Source: an uncultured delta proteobacterium
GTDB taxonomy: Bacteria; Myxococcota_A; Polyangia; Polyangiales; JAFGIB01
Assembly (NCBI GenBank): GCA_963778655.1
Contig: CAVZVA010000009.1
Coordinates: 1,344,001 to 1,408,000 of the forward strand
Direction: 5' to 3'
DNA: 64,000 bases
The translations under genes and the position numbers were made by a program. The notes under the pieces were generated by a model. That model ran no database searches. It saw only the letters and a list, made by a program, of their open reading frames with translations, and was not told the origin of the DNA. This document shows, in pieces, positions 21,041 to 30,983 of this stretch; the first letter of the stretch is position 1; every line of letters begins with the position of its first letter.

Positions 21041-22590
21041 GGCTGCTCCTCGCTATAGTGGCGCTCGAGCGCCGCGATCAATCCCGGCACGGTGAAATCG
21101 CGCGCCTCGACGTCGACCCGCAGGCCGTGGCGCCGCAGCGTCGCGCTGGTGATGGGTCCGATCGAGGCGATGGTCAAGCCTTGCAGCAGCTGCCCGGCGT
21201 CGGCGCCCAGCGCCGAAAGCGTGTTGTCGACGGTGGAGCTCGAGCTGAAGGTGACCACATCGAGCTCGCGCGCGGCCAGCCGCTCGCGCATGCGTGTCCG
21301 CTCGCCCTCCGCGGCGGGCAGCGTGCGATAGGCCGCCACCACATCGACCCGCGCGCCGGCCGCGCGCAGCGCTTCGGGCAGCGCCTCGCGCGCCACCGCG
21401 GCGCGCGCCAGCAGCACCGCCTGCCCGTCCATGCGACCTGCGTGGCGCGCCAGGATCGCCTCGGCCACGGCCTCGCCCACGTGCTGCTCGGGCACGACGT
21501 CGGGCTCGATGCCGTGTGCGCGCACGCGCTCCGCGGTGGCCGGCCCGATCGCGGCTACGCGCACGCCGCCCAGGCGGCGCGCATCGCCGCCCTGCGCGCG
21601 CAGCTCGCCGAAGAACGCGTCCACGCCGTTGCTGCTGGTCAGCACCAGCCATCCGTAGCGTCCGACCTGCGCCACCGCCTCGCGCAGCGCCGCGGGGTCT
21701 TCGGGCTGCACGATGCGGATCGCCGGCGCGATCACCGGCTCGGCGCCGGCGTCGCGCAGCGCCTCGGCCATGCTCGCCGCCTGCGCCGCGGCGCGCGTCA
21801 CCAGCACGCGCTTGCCGAACAGCGGCTTGACGTCGTACCAGCGCAGCTGCTCGCGCAGCCGCACCACCTCGCCCACCACGGTCAGCGCCGGCATGCCGAT
21901 GGCGGCCTCGCGCGCGCGCTGCGCGATGTTCTCCACCGTGCCGACCACGGTGCGTTGCTGCGGCAGAGTCGCCGACTGGATCACCGCAGCCGGGCAGCCC
22001 GGCGCGCGGCCGTGCGCGATCAGCAGCCGCATCAGCGACTCCAGCTTGCGCGTACCCATGAAGATCACCAGGCTCTGGGTGGCGGTGGCGAGCTTGGCCC
22101 AGTCGTGCGCGCTGCCGTCCTTTTGCTCGGACTCGGTCGCGGTCACGTAGGCGATGCTGCTGGCGAGCTCGCGGTGGCTCAGTGAGATGCCGGCGTAGGC
22201 CGGCGCCGCCAGCGCCGAAGCCACGCCGGGCACCACCTCGAACTCGATACCCTCGGCGCGCAAATACTCGGCTTCCTCCGAGCCGCGGCCGAACAGATAC
22301 GGGTCGCCGCCCTTGAGCCGCGCCACCACGCGGCCTTCGCGCGCGGCCTCGACCATGCGCCGGTTGATCACCGCCTGGCGCTCGGAGGCACGCCCCGCGC
22401 GCTTGCCCACGAACACGCGCTCGGCTTCGGGCCGGCAGTGGCGCAGCAGATCCGGGTGAACCAGCGCGTCGTAGAGCACCAAATCCGCCTCGGCCAGGCG
22501 GCGGCGCGCGCGCAGCGTGATCAGCTCGGGATCCCCGGGGCCCGCACCGAGCAGATAGACCTTGCCGGGCCTGGCCGCTTCCGAGGACAC
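21037..22590 (-). CDS. cobA: Fused uroporphyrinogen-III C-methyltransferase / uroporphyrinogen-III synthase (CobA-HemD)
   Basis: [11 protein letters not shown] and [13 protein letters not shown], followed by a HemD domain (VLVTRA, TSSNGV, AIGPAT, SIGPITS). Confidence 0.93.
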   Translation of the reverse strand: MSSEAARPGKVYLLGAGPGDPELITLRARRRLAEADLVLYDALVHPDLLRHCRPEAERVFVGKRAGRASERQAVINRRMVEAAREGRVVARLKGGDPYLFGRGSEEAEYLRAEGIEFEVVPGVASALAAPAYAGISLSHRELASSIAYVTATESEQKDGSAHDWAKLATATQSLVIFMGTRKLESLMRLLIAHGRAPGCPAAVIQSATLPQQRTVVGTVENIAQRAREAAIGMPALTVVGEVVRLREQLRWYDVKPLFGKRVLVTRAAAQAASMAEALRDAGAEPVIAPAIRIVQPEDPAALREAVAQVGRYGWLVLTSSNGVDAFFGELRAQGGDARRLGGVRVAAIGPATAERVRAHGIEPDVVPEQHVGEAVAEAILARHAGRMDGQAVLLARAAVAREALPEALRAAGARVDVVAAYRTLPAAEGERTRMRERLAARELDVVTFSSSSTVDNTLSALGADAGQLLQGLTIASIGPITSATLRRHGLRVDVEARDFTVPGLIAALERHYSEEQP

Positions 22591-22686
22591 CGCGGCAGTG
22601 TAGCAGGCCGGCCAAAAACCCGCTCGATTGGGATCCCCTCGTCGCTCGATTGAGAGCGCCTCGCGCGGGCGCTATGCTGGCTGGCG

Positions 22687-24744
22687 GTGTCACGCATCAT
22701 TGGCCAGACCATGCTCGGGGTCGCGGCCCTTTGTTGCCTGACCGGGCCGGTGCGCGCCCAGAGCCAGAGCATGCCGGGGGTGGTGCTGGAGCTCGACTTC
22801 ACGCCCGCGCCGCGCGCCCAGCTCGCGGTCTGGTTGGAAGACGCCAGCGGGCATTTCATCCGCACCCTCCAGCTCACCGAGGCGGTCGCGTTCCACGGCA
22901 TCGGCAACCGGCCCGGCGCGTCCGAGCTCAACAGCGGCTACCGCTGGCCCTACGGCAGGCGCGAGGGCGTGCTGCCGATCTGGGCCTCGCGCCGCGCCGC
23001 GGCTCCGGGGGCCAAGCAGTGGAAGCGGGTGATCTTCCAGAACCGCACCTCGGAGGGCCTGGCCTCGCGCACCAGCACCGACCAGAGCCCCGACGACTAC
23101 TTCTGCCTCTCCTTCAACCAGGCCAAGAGCTCGCGCGACGCGCTCGACGCGATGAGCTGTGCGAGCCCGACCACGTTCAGCAGCGACAAGGGCCGCTTCA
23201 TCACCGACGCCGACGTCGCCGCCGGCTACGCCGAGCCGTGGCAGGATCCGAGCACCCAGGCGGCGAGCATGCAGCCGCTTTCGCTGTTCTCGCTGTACCC
23301 GCCGCGCATGGACGTCACGCGCTGCACCGACTCCAGCTGTTACGACACGCAGGACGTGTCGGGCTACGCGGCGCACGCGCGCGAGGTGATGCCCGAGATC
23401 GACGCGGTCAGCATTGCCACCCTGCCGGGCAACACCGCGCAGAGCCTGCTGTACAGCCTGCCGCCGGACTGGCCGCAGGGACAGTACGCGCTGTGGCTGG
23501 AGATCGCGGTGGAGGGCGACTACGACGCGACCTACGACGCCACGACGCTGCCCACGCCCAGCATGCCCAGCGGCAAGTGGGACTCGTGGGCCATGACCTT
23601 CGGCTATCCCTACCGCGGCCAGCCCTCGATCGCGTTCGAGGTCCCGTTCGAGCTGGGCGCCCCGGGCGAGGCCGTGTACACCACCGCCGCTCCGGTCGGG
23701 CGTTCGTCGTGGGACGTGTGGTCGCAGGGCTACGGCGCGCTGCAGTCGCTCGACGGCATCGCCGACGATCCCGCGGGCGCGCCCGGAAGCGGCGCCGACC
23801 GCCTGCGGGCAGACGCCAGCGGGCAGCGCATCACGCTGCACGTGCGCACGCTCGCCGAGCTGGCACCGCCCGATCCCAACCACCCGTTTCCGACGCTGCC
23901 GACCGGCTCGCACGACGGCGCGGGCTCGGGCGGGGGCGACACCACCAGCCCGAGCTCGCCTGCGGATGGCGGCATGGCTGGCGCGGGCGGCGCGAGCGCG
24001 ACCGAGGCGGACGCCGGCGCGAGCGCCGGCGGCGCGGGGCCGCCGGCGGCGCAGAGCCAGCGCGATCCGCAGACCGACGCCGTGATCTTGCTGCCGCAGG
24101 CAGCGCCCGAAGGTCCGGTGGGCGCGATCCACGGCCTGCGGCTCGGGCACCACCCGGATGTGCTGCACTCGCACGAGTGGATCACGCTGCGCTTCCTGGC
24201 GGCCAGCAGCGAGCAGCCGCTGCACCGCTACGAGGTGCGCGTCAGCGAGGAGCCGATCACCGACGAGGCGAGCTTCATCCAGAACGGCCGCGCCGCACGT
24301 ACCGCGACCGCCGACGCCGAGGGCGCGGTGCTGCTCATGCTGCCGACCGACGTCGCCGCCGGCCAGCTGATCGAGAGCGCGATCGGCGGTCTGGTCGCGC
24401 TCACCCACTATTACGTCGCCGTGCGCGCGACCGACGAGCTCGATCGGCACGGGCCGATCAGCGTCGCCGAGATCAGCACCACCAAACGCAGCTTCGCCAC
24501 GGTCACGCCGTGCTTCGTCGCCAGCGCCGCCTACGGCACGCCGCTGGCCGCGCAGGTGGGCGTGCTGCGGCGGATGCGTGACCGCCAGCTGCTGAGCAAT
24601 GCGCCCGGCCGCGCGCTGGTGCATGCCTACTACGCGCACGGCGCCGCGGCGGCGCGCGTGCTACAGCGCCACCCGACGCTGCGGCACGCGGTGCGCTGGC
24701 TGCTCGAGCCGCTGGTCTCGGCGCTCCACCGGCTCGAGCGCTGA
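22687..24744 (+). CDS. Secreted protein with FN3-like region and CFI-box-CTERM-like tail
   Basis: Signal peptide; THYYVAVRATD; C-terminal CFVASAAYG...LRRMRDRQL...GRALVHAYY. Confidence 0.8.
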   Translation: MSRIIGQTMLGVAALCCLTGPVRAQSQSMPGVVLELDFTPAPRAQLAVWLEDASGHFIRTLQLTEAVAFHGIGNRPGASELNSGYRWPYGRREGVLPIWASRRAAAPGAKQWKRVIFQNRTSEGLASRTSTDQSPDDYFCLSFNQAKSSRDALDAMSCASPTTFSSDKGRFITDADVAAGYAEPWQDPSTQAASMQPLSLFSLYPPRMDVTRCTDSSCYDTQDVSGYAAHAREVMPEIDAVSIATLPGNTAQSLLYSLPPDWPQGQYALWLEIAVEGDYDATYDATTLPTPSMPSGKWDSWAMTFGYPYRGQPSIAFEVPFELGAPGEAVYTTAAPVGRSSWDVWSQGYGALQSLDGIADDPAGAPGSGADRLRADASGQRITLHVRTLAELAPPDPNHPFPTLPTGSHDGAGSGGGDTTSPSSPADGGMAGAGGASATEADAGASAGGAGPPAAQSQRDPQTDAVILLPQAAPEGPVGAIHGLRLGHHPDVLHSHEWITLRFLAASSEQPLHRYEVRVSEEPITDEASFIQNGRAARTATADAEGAVLLMLPTDVAAGQLIESAIGGLVALTHYYVAVRATDELDRHGPISVAEISTTKRSFATVTPCFVASAAYGTPLAAQVGVLRRMRDRQLLSNAPGRALVHAYYAHGAAAARVLQRHPTLRHAVRWLLEPLVSALHRLER

Positions 24745-24809
24745 GCTGCCCGCGCTCGCCGCGCGCTTGGACGCTTCCCGCGGGTGTGCTAGTGCTGTGC
24801 CCGCGACGC

Positions 24810-25346
24810 ATGCGCCAGAGGCTGCGATATCCGTGCCTGCTGCTCGCGCTCGCGCTGCTCGGTTGCCCGCGCGGCACGGCCCACAGCGAGCAGCAGGCCA
24901 AGCCCGCGCCCGCGGCACAGCCGAGCGCAAAGAGCGCGCCGGCCGCGAGCGCGGCGCGCGTGGTGCTGGCGCCCCCCGGCCAGGATCCGGTGACGGTTCG
25001 GGTCGAGGTCGCGCGCAACGAACAGCAGCGCAGGCGCGGGCTGATGTTCCGTACGCACATGGACCAGGACGCCGGGATGATCTTCCTGTTCGAGCAGCCC
25101 CAGCCGCTCACGTTCTGGATGCACAACACCTACATCCCGCTGGACATGATCTTCATCGACGCCTCTCTGCGCGTGCTCGGCGTGGTCGAGAACGCCGAGC
25201 CCCAGACCGACAGCGCCCGCGCGGTCCCGGGGCTGTCGCAGTACGTGCTCGAGGTCAACGCCGGCTTCAGCCGGCGCCACGGCCTGACGAAGGGCACGGC
25301 GGTGCGCTTCGAGGGCTTCGATTCGACTGCGGAGGCAGGGCGATGA
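24810..25346 (+). CDS. DUF192 family protein
   Basis: VEVA...RGLMFR...GMIFLF...FWMHNTYIPLDMIFID...YVLEVNAG. Confidence 0.92.
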   Translation: MRQRLRYPCLLLALALLGCPRGTAHSEQQAKPAPAAQPSAKSAPAASAARVVLAPPGQDPVTVRVEVARNEQQRRRGLMFRTHMDQDAGMIFLFEQPQPLTFWMHNTYIPLDMIFIDASLRVLGVVENAEPQTDSARAVPGLSQYVLEVNAGFSRRHGLTKGTAVRFEGFDSTAEAGR

Positions 25347-26332
25347 AACTGATACGAAGCGCGCCTTTCAGCCTGCTCGGGTGCTGCTGTGCGGGCCTGC
25401 TGCTCGCCTGCGGGGCGCTCGGGTGCTCGCACAAACAGTCCGAGGAGCAAGCCGAGCCGGCTTCCACGCCTGAGCCGAAGCCGGCGCCGAGCCCGCCGAG
25501 CAGCCAGCCACAGGGCGCGCGGCCCAAAGACCCGGATCCGACCCCGGAGACGGTCGACGGCTACCGGCTGATCCGCGCGCGCACCAAGGACGGCGAGACC
25601 GCGGCGATTCGCATTCAGCCGCCGAAGGGCTGGGACGTGGTGCAGGCGCCGACCGAGCCTGATCCGCAGGGCGGCAAGTTCACGCTGGCCCAGGCGACCA
25701 AGGGTCTGCCCAAGCAGGGCACGCTCGCGGCGCACATCAAGACCAGCATGGGCAGCTTCTACTGCGATCTGTTCGCTGACAAGACGCCCAACACGGTTGC
25801 CAACTTCGTCGGCCTTGCGCGCGGTCTGCGCAAGTTCTGGGACTCCCAGAAGCTGGCGTGGGTGGCGCGTCACTACTACGACGGCACCACGTTTCACCGC
25901 GTGATCCCGGGGTTCATGATCCAGGGTGGCGACTACACCGGCACCGGCCGCGGCGGCATCGGCTACACCATTCCAGACGAGATGAGCCCGACCCTGCACC
26001 ACGATCGTCCGGGTCAGTTGTGCATGGCCAACCGCGGCCCCAACACCAACGAAGCGCAGTTCTTCATCACCGAGGGCGCGGCGCCGCACCTGGAAGGCAG
26101 CTACACGATCTTCGGTCAGTGCGAGCCGGCCACGCTGGTGCAGCGCATCGCGCGCGTGCCGCAGTCGGGCGCGCCCGACAATCGCCCGCTCACCCCCGTC
26201 GTGATCGAGAAGGTGGAGATCAAGCGCGTGGTCGGCGGCGTCGCCAAGTGGATGCCGGCCAGCGCCAAGCTGCCTCCGATGCCGGGCGTGCCCCCGCCGC
26301 CGCGCGCGGTCCAGGTGCCGGCCCCGCACTGA
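25343..26332 (+). CDS. Cyclophilin-type peptidyl-prolyl isomerase, lipoprotein
   Basis: PNTVANFVGLA, YDGTTFHRVIPGFMIQGGD, MANRGPNTN, QFFIT, YTIFGQ; lipobox ALGC. Confidence 0.93.
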   Translation: MKLIRSAPFSLLGCCCAGLLLACGALGCSHKQSEEQAEPASTPEPKPAPSPPSSQPQGARPKDPDPTPETVDGYRLIRARTKDGETAAIRIQPPKGWDVVQAPTEPDPQGGKFTLAQATKGLPKQGTLAAHIKTSMGSFYCDLFADKTPNTVANFVGLARGLRKFWDSQKLAWVARHYYDGTTFHRVIPGFMIQGGDYTGTGRGGIGYTIPDEMSPTLHHDRPGQLCMANRGPNTNEAQFFITEGAAPHLEGSYTIFGQCEPATLVQRIARVPQSGAPDNRPLTPVVIEKVEIKRVVGGVAKWMPASAKLPPMPGVPPPPRAVQVPAPH

Positions 26333-26343
26333 GGATCAAAGCA

Positions 26344-26403
26344 GCACAGGAAGTCGGGAAGGCCGGAGGAAGTCTGTTCTGCTTCCCGTCTTCCCGTAGA
26401 ATC
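26344..26403. repeat. Intergenic repeat family, copy 3
   Basis: cacaggaagtcgggaagg...cttcccgtcttcccgtagaatc between convergent genes. Confidence 0.7.
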
Positions 26404-26410
26404 GCTTGCG

Positions 26411-26890
26411 TCAGCTGCGCGGCTTGCGGCGCTCGCCGCCGCGCGCCTTGTCGTCGCCGCCCAGCTCGATGTCGAGCTCGGGCTTGAGTGATCCGTTCTC
26501 CCGCTCCTTGAAGCGCAGCCGCACCTGGGCCTCCACGTCGAGGCCCGTCAGCACCTTGCGGACTTCGGAGGCGATGTCCGCCTCGCGCAAGAAGCGACCG
26601 ACCTCGAGCGCGACCGCCTTGACCATGCCGCTGCGCAGGTCGCCGAGCTGCGTGACGAATTGCGAGGCGATGTCTCGCGGGAAGATCGATTCGCTGACCC
26701 GCTCCAGCGGACCGCGCCCCGCCTCCAGCCCTCTGCGCAGCAGCTCGGGCAGGATGCGCTCGAGCGGCGTGCGCGCGTCGAACTCACGGCCGTCCGGCGC
26801 GGCCGAGCCGGGGCGCGGTATGGAGGCCTCACGCGCAGCCTCCTCGGCGGGTTCCGAGCTGGGAGGCCGCTGGGCCGAGCGCGAGGTCAT
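26411..26890 (-). CDS. Hypothetical protein
   Basis: 159-aa ORF with normal codon usage; helical and charged. Confidence 0.7.
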   Translation of the reverse strand: MTSRSAQRPPSSEPAEEAAREASIPRPGSAAPDGREFDARTPLERILPELLRRGLEAGRGPLERVSESIFPRDIASQFVTQLGDLRSGMVKAVALEVGRFLREADIASEVRKVLTGLDVEAQVRLRFKERENGSLKPELDIELGGDDKARGGERRKPRS

Positions 26891-26942
26891 GCCTGCTCAT
26901 TGTGGAAAAGTCGAAGCCCGGTGTCAAAGCGGGCGCGGAAGG

Positions 26943-26971
26943 GATCACAGGAAGGCGGGAAGACAGGAGGA
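26943..26971. repeat. Intergenic repeat family, copy 4 (left arm)
   Basis: gatcacaggaaggcgggaagacaggagg. Confidence 0.65.
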
Positions 26972-27052
26972 CCGAGCCGCAAAGCCGGTCGACTGTGGCG
27001 CGCTCGATATGCGTCCGGCTGCGCGCGCCGATCCGGGTGTAGGCTCCCCGGC

Positions 27053-28165
27053 ATGGCGCGGATCCTGATGGTGTCGAAGCCGGTGGCACCGCCGTGGAAC
27101 GACAGCACCAAGAACCTGGTGCGCGATCTGGCGAGCGGGTTGCGCCGTCATCAGGCGGTGATCATGACGCGGCGGGGCGAGGATCCCGCGCTCGCCGGGG
27201 TCGAGCAGGAAGCGCTCTATCCCCGCTCGGCCGGCGGCTTCGCGCCCGCGTTGGCCGACAACGCGCGCGTGCTGCGGCGCCTGCTGCTGGGCCGGCCGCA
27301 CGCGTTGTGGCATTTCTTCTTCGCCCCGAACAAACGCAGCAGCCGCGCGTCGTCGCTGGCCGCGCGCCTGCGCGGCGTGCCAACCGTGCAGACTATGTGC
27401 AGCGCGCCCGCGCCGGGAGCGGAGCTGCGCGCGTTGTTGTTCGCCGACCGCACCGTCGTGCTCTCGCGCCACACCGAGCAGCAGGCGCTCGAGGCCGGCG
27501 TGCAGGCCGCGCGCCTGCGCCGCATCGCGCCCGCAGTCGCTCCGCTGCAGCCCCGCGACGCTGAGGCATCTGCGCGCGTGCGCGCCGAGCTCGGCTTGCC
27601 GCCGCAACAGCCCCTGGTCGTCTACCCCGGCGACCTCGAGTTCTCCGCCGGTGCCGAGCGCACGCTACGTGCGTACGCCGCGCTGCGCCGCGAGCACGAC
27701 GCGCGGCTGGTGCTCGCCTGCCGCGCCAAGACTCCGGCCGCGCGCGAGGTGGAGCAGCGCCTGCGCGCGCTCGCCGCCGAGTTGGGTGTGGACCGGGGCG
27801 TACACTGGGTGGGCGAGACACGTGCGATCCACGATCTACTGGCCGCCGCCGAGGTGGTGGCGCTGCCGGCCGAGAGCCTGTATGCGAAGATGGATCTGCC
27901 GCTGGTGCTGATCGAGGCGATGTGGTTGGAGCGGGCGGTGCTGGTGGCCGAGGGCACGGCCGCGGCCGAGCTGGCGCAGGGCGGCGCCGCGCTGGCGGCC
28001 GCCCCCGACGTCGACGCCGTCGCGGATGCGCTGCACTCGCTGCTGCGCGACGCAGAGGCACGCGCCACCCTCGGCCGGCGCGCTCGACAGGCTGCGCTCG
28101 AGCGCTACCATCCGGCCGTCGTCGCCGACGCCCATGACGCGCTGTACGACGAGCTGCTGCAATGA
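27053..28165 (+). CDS. Glycosyltransferase family 4 (GT-B)
   Basis: RILMVS N-terminus; MDLPLVLIEAM; ALHSLL...LGRRARQAALERY. Confidence 0.88.
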   Translation: MARILMVSKPVAPPWNDSTKNLVRDLASGLRRHQAVIMTRRGEDPALAGVEQEALYPRSAGGFAPALADNARVLRRLLLGRPHALWHFFFAPNKRSSRASSLAARLRGVPTVQTMCSAPAPGAELRALLFADRTVVLSRHTEQQALEAGVQAARLRRIAPAVAPLQPRDAEASARVRAELGLPPQQPLVVYPGDLEFSAGAERTLRAYAALRREHDARLVLACRAKTPAAREVEQRLRALAAELGVDRGVHWVGETRAIHDLLAAAEVVALPAESLYAKMDLPLVLIEAMWLERAVLVAEGTAAAELAQGGAALAAAPDVDAVADALHSLLRDAEARATLGRRARQAALERYHPAVVADAHDALYDELLQ

Positions 28166-28899
28166 CGGATGCTTCCGACAACAACAACCGCGCCTACTAC
28201 GACGACTTCAGCAGTGGCTACGAGCGCGAGCGCGGCCTGGGCTACCACCGCCTGCTCGACGATCTCGAGCTGCAGGTGGTCGCACCGTTAGCGCGCGGGC
28301 GTCGCGTGCTCGAGGTGGGCTGCGGCACGGGGTTGATCCTCGGCCGTCTCGCGCAGCACGCCGCGCGCGCCTGCGGTGTCGATCTCTCCCCGGGCATGCT
28401 GCGCGCCGCACACCGCCGCGGCTTGCAGGTGGCACTCGCGAGCGCGACCCGATTGCCCTTTCCGGACGCAAGCTTCGACCTGGTGTGCAGCTTCAAGGTG
28501 CTCGCGCACGTTCCGGATATCAAGGGTGCGCTGGCGGAAATCGCGCGCGTGACGCGGCCCGGCGGCCAGTTGGTGTTGGAGTTCTACAACCCCTGGAGCT
28601 TGAGGTATCTGGCCAAGCGCGCGGCAGGTCCGCGTCCGATCAGCGAAGGCCGCACCGAGGCCGACGTGTTCACGCGCTGGGATTCGCCGCGCGCCGTGCG
28701 CGCGCTGCTTCCGTTCGACGTGGAGCTGCAAGGATTTCGCGGCGTGCGTGTGCTCACCCCGGCCGCGTTCGTCTACAAGGTGCCCGTATTGAGTCATGCG
28801 CTTGCGCTTCTGGAACGACGCGCGCTGGACTCCGCGCTGAGTCGCTTCGGTGGATTCCTGATCGTGCTTGCGCGCAAGCGTGACGCCGCGGGCGATTGA
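28162..28899 (+). CDS. Class I SAM-dependent methyltransferase
   Basis: VLEVGCGTG, GVDLSPGML, LPFPDASFDLV; ATGA overlap with the GT4 gene. Confidence 0.92.
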   Translation: MTDASDNNNRAYYDDFSSGYERERGLGYHRLLDDLELQVVAPLARGRRVLEVGCGTGLILGRLAQHAARACGVDLSPGMLRAAHRRGLQVALASATRLPFPDASFDLVCSFKVLAHVPDIKGALAEIARVTRPGGQLVLEFYNPWSLRYLAKRAAGPRPISEGRTEADVFTRWDSPRAVRALLPFDVELQGFRGVRVLTPAAFVYKVPVLSHALALLERRALDSALSRFGGFLIVLARKRDAAGD

Positions 28900-28941
28900 C
28901 TTGCGAAGCCAAACTGGGCGAGATATAGCTGTCGAGCGCGC

Positions 28942-29937
28942 ATGGCGGACAAAAGCAACAACAGCGCGAGCAGCTTGCGTCGATTGCGTAAACGCGTCGA
29001 GCGTGCGCTGGCCGACGGCGCGCGCGGGCTCGACGTGGTGCGCGACCTGGAAACAATCGCGCGCGAAGCCGGCGACGGAGACCGCGACGCGCTGTTCGCG
29101 CATCGCCAGCTGGCCGAGCTGCGGCTGGAGGAGTCGCCCTGGCGCGCTGCGCTTCACCTGCGCAGGCTGATCCTCGCGGATGCCGCCGACGATGGTGTCT
29201 ACGCGCTGATGGGCTTGTGCCAGGCCATGCTCGGTAACTTCCGCGCCGCGATCTCGACCTATCAGCGCGCGATCGAGCTGGCGCCGCGCAACCCCTGGTA
29301 CCACCACAACATCGGACACCTGTTGGACGTCGGCCTCGGTCACTCGCAGGCGGCGCTGCAGCACTTGCGGTTGGCCAATACGCTCGAGCCGCGCGAGGAC
29401 GAGATCACGGCCTCGCTGGCGCACTGCTTGGGGCGGCTGGGTCAGCTGGTGGAGGCGCGCGCCCTGGCCGCGGACGCGGTCCGCAGCGCGCCGCACAACG
29501 CCGACCACCGCGCGTTGCTGGAATGGATCGACCGCGGTGCGCCGGGCATGCGGGTCACTCGCCGTGCGGGCGCGCCGGGCAAGGCCCGGGTGCAAGTGCC
29601 GGTGCGCGATCGGGCGCTCGAGTCGCGCGATCCGGTCGGCCGCATGCTGGCGGTGAGCATGCCGCAGGCCGGCTACTCACCTGGCCACGTGCACCGCGCT
29701 CACGCGTTATGGTCCGACTTCTGCGAGCGGCGCGCATTGCGCGTGGCCAAGCCGGCGGTGTACGCGGCGGCGATCGAATACGCGATCGCGATGGTGCACG
29801 GCGTGCGCGGCGTGACACAGGTGGTGCTGGCGCGCCGTTACGGCGTTGCGCCGGCGTCGATCTCGAGCCGCTACGCCGAGATTCGGACCGCGCTCGCGCT
29901 GGTGCCGGGCGACCCGCGCTACCGCGCCGTTCGCTGA
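28942..29937 (+). CDS. TPR protein with C-terminal HTH-like domain
   Basis: TPRs (YQRAIELAPRNPWYHHNIG); C-terminal AAAIEY...TQVVLARRYGVAPASISSRY. Confidence 0.8.
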   Translation: MADKSNNSASSLRRLRKRVERALADGARGLDVVRDLETIAREAGDGDRDALFAHRQLAELRLEESPWRAALHLRRLILADAADDGVYALMGLCQAMLGNFRAAISTYQRAIELAPRNPWYHHNIGHLLDVGLGHSQAALQHLRLANTLEPREDEITASLAHCLGRLGQLVEARALAADAVRSAPHNADHRALLEWIDRGAPGMRVTRRAGAPGKARVQVPVRDRALESRDPVGRMLAVSMPQAGYSPGHVHRAHALWSDFCERRALRVAKPAVYAAAIEYAIAMVHGVRGVTQVVLARRYGVAPASISSRYAEIRTALALVPGDPRYRAVR

Positions 29938-29977
29938 TAATTTGTCGCCGGCGCCGGCCATCGGTTAGCTCGTAGCC

Positions 29978-30943
29978 ATGAGCTCCGTGGATGGCGCGGT
30001 GTCGCTCGGGCGGGCGCTGCTGTCGCTGCTGCGCGCCGAGCAGACGGGCGTGATGGACGTGCGCACCGAGCTGGGCGCGTGCCGCCTAGTGGTGGTGGAC
30101 GGTGTGCCGCGAGGCGCGACCAGCTTGCCGAGCGCGGACCGCACGCTCGGCGATGCGCTGGTCAGCGCAGGCGAGCTCGACCGACTCGAGCATGCGCGTG
30201 CCCTGGCCGAGGCGGAACGGGACGCCTTCGGGCTGCCGATCGGGGCCTGGCTGGTCGCGTCGGGGCTCGCCAGCGAGCGCGCGGTCGCCAGTGCGCTGCG
30301 CCGCCAGCTGCGCGAGCGCATCGTCTGCGTGCTCGGCTGCGAGCGCATCGACTACCGCTTCGAGGCGCGGCCGATCGCGACCGCCGTCGCGCTGGTGCAA
30401 GAGGCGCCGAGCTTCGCCGATCTGGTGCTCGAGGCGCTGCGCGCGCGCGTGGGCGCGTGGTCGCAGGCGCAGGTGCTGGCCGCAATCCCGGACGGAGAGC
30501 TGCGCCTGAACGCGCGCGGGCGCGCGTGGATGCGGGCAGCGGCGCTGTGGCCCGAAGAGACGGTGGCGTTGGTCTTGCTGGAGCACGGCTCCACACTCTC
30601 GCGGGTGATGCAGGCCAGCCGCGGCAGCGCTCGTGCGAGCGTGTTGCTGGCGATCCTCGCGTTGTTCTCGGCCGTGGCCGGCGCGGAGCCGCGCGAGCGC
30701 GGCTTCTCGTTGCTCGCGCGCAAGCAGATGCAGCTGCGCAGGCGCGCGGCCGCGCACGCGCTGCTCGACCTGCCGGAGGGCGCGCCCCCGGCCGAGGGAC
30801 GCCGCGCCCTGCGCCGGCTCGCGCGCAGCCTTCACCCCGACGCCTTGGGACCGCACGCCGGCCCTGCGCTGCGCGCGGCTTCGAGCGAGGTGATGGGCGC
30901 GCTGATCGCAGCCGAGCGCGAGCTGCGCGCCGCCTCGCGCTAG
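29978..30943 (+). CDS. DUF4388-like protein with C-terminal J domain
   Basis: QTGVMDV and LGDALV/IGAWLV segments; C-terminal ALRRLARSLHPD. Confidence 0.7.
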   Translation: MSSVDGAVSLGRALLSLLRAEQTGVMDVRTELGACRLVVVDGVPRGATSLPSADRTLGDALVSAGELDRLEHARALAEAERDAFGLPIGAWLVASGLASERAVASALRRQLRERIVCVLGCERIDYRFEARPIATAVALVQEAPSFADLVLEALRARVGAWSQAQVLAAIPDGELRLNARGRAWMRAAALWPEETVALVLLEHGSTLSRVMQASRGSARASVLLAILALFSAVAGAEPRERGFSLLARKQMQLRRRAAAHALLDLPEGAPPAEGRRALRRLARSLHPDALGPHAGPALRAASSEVMGALIAAERELRAASR

Positions 30944-30983
30944 TAACTGGTGACACGGCACCGGTGCCTCGATAGAGAGCATC

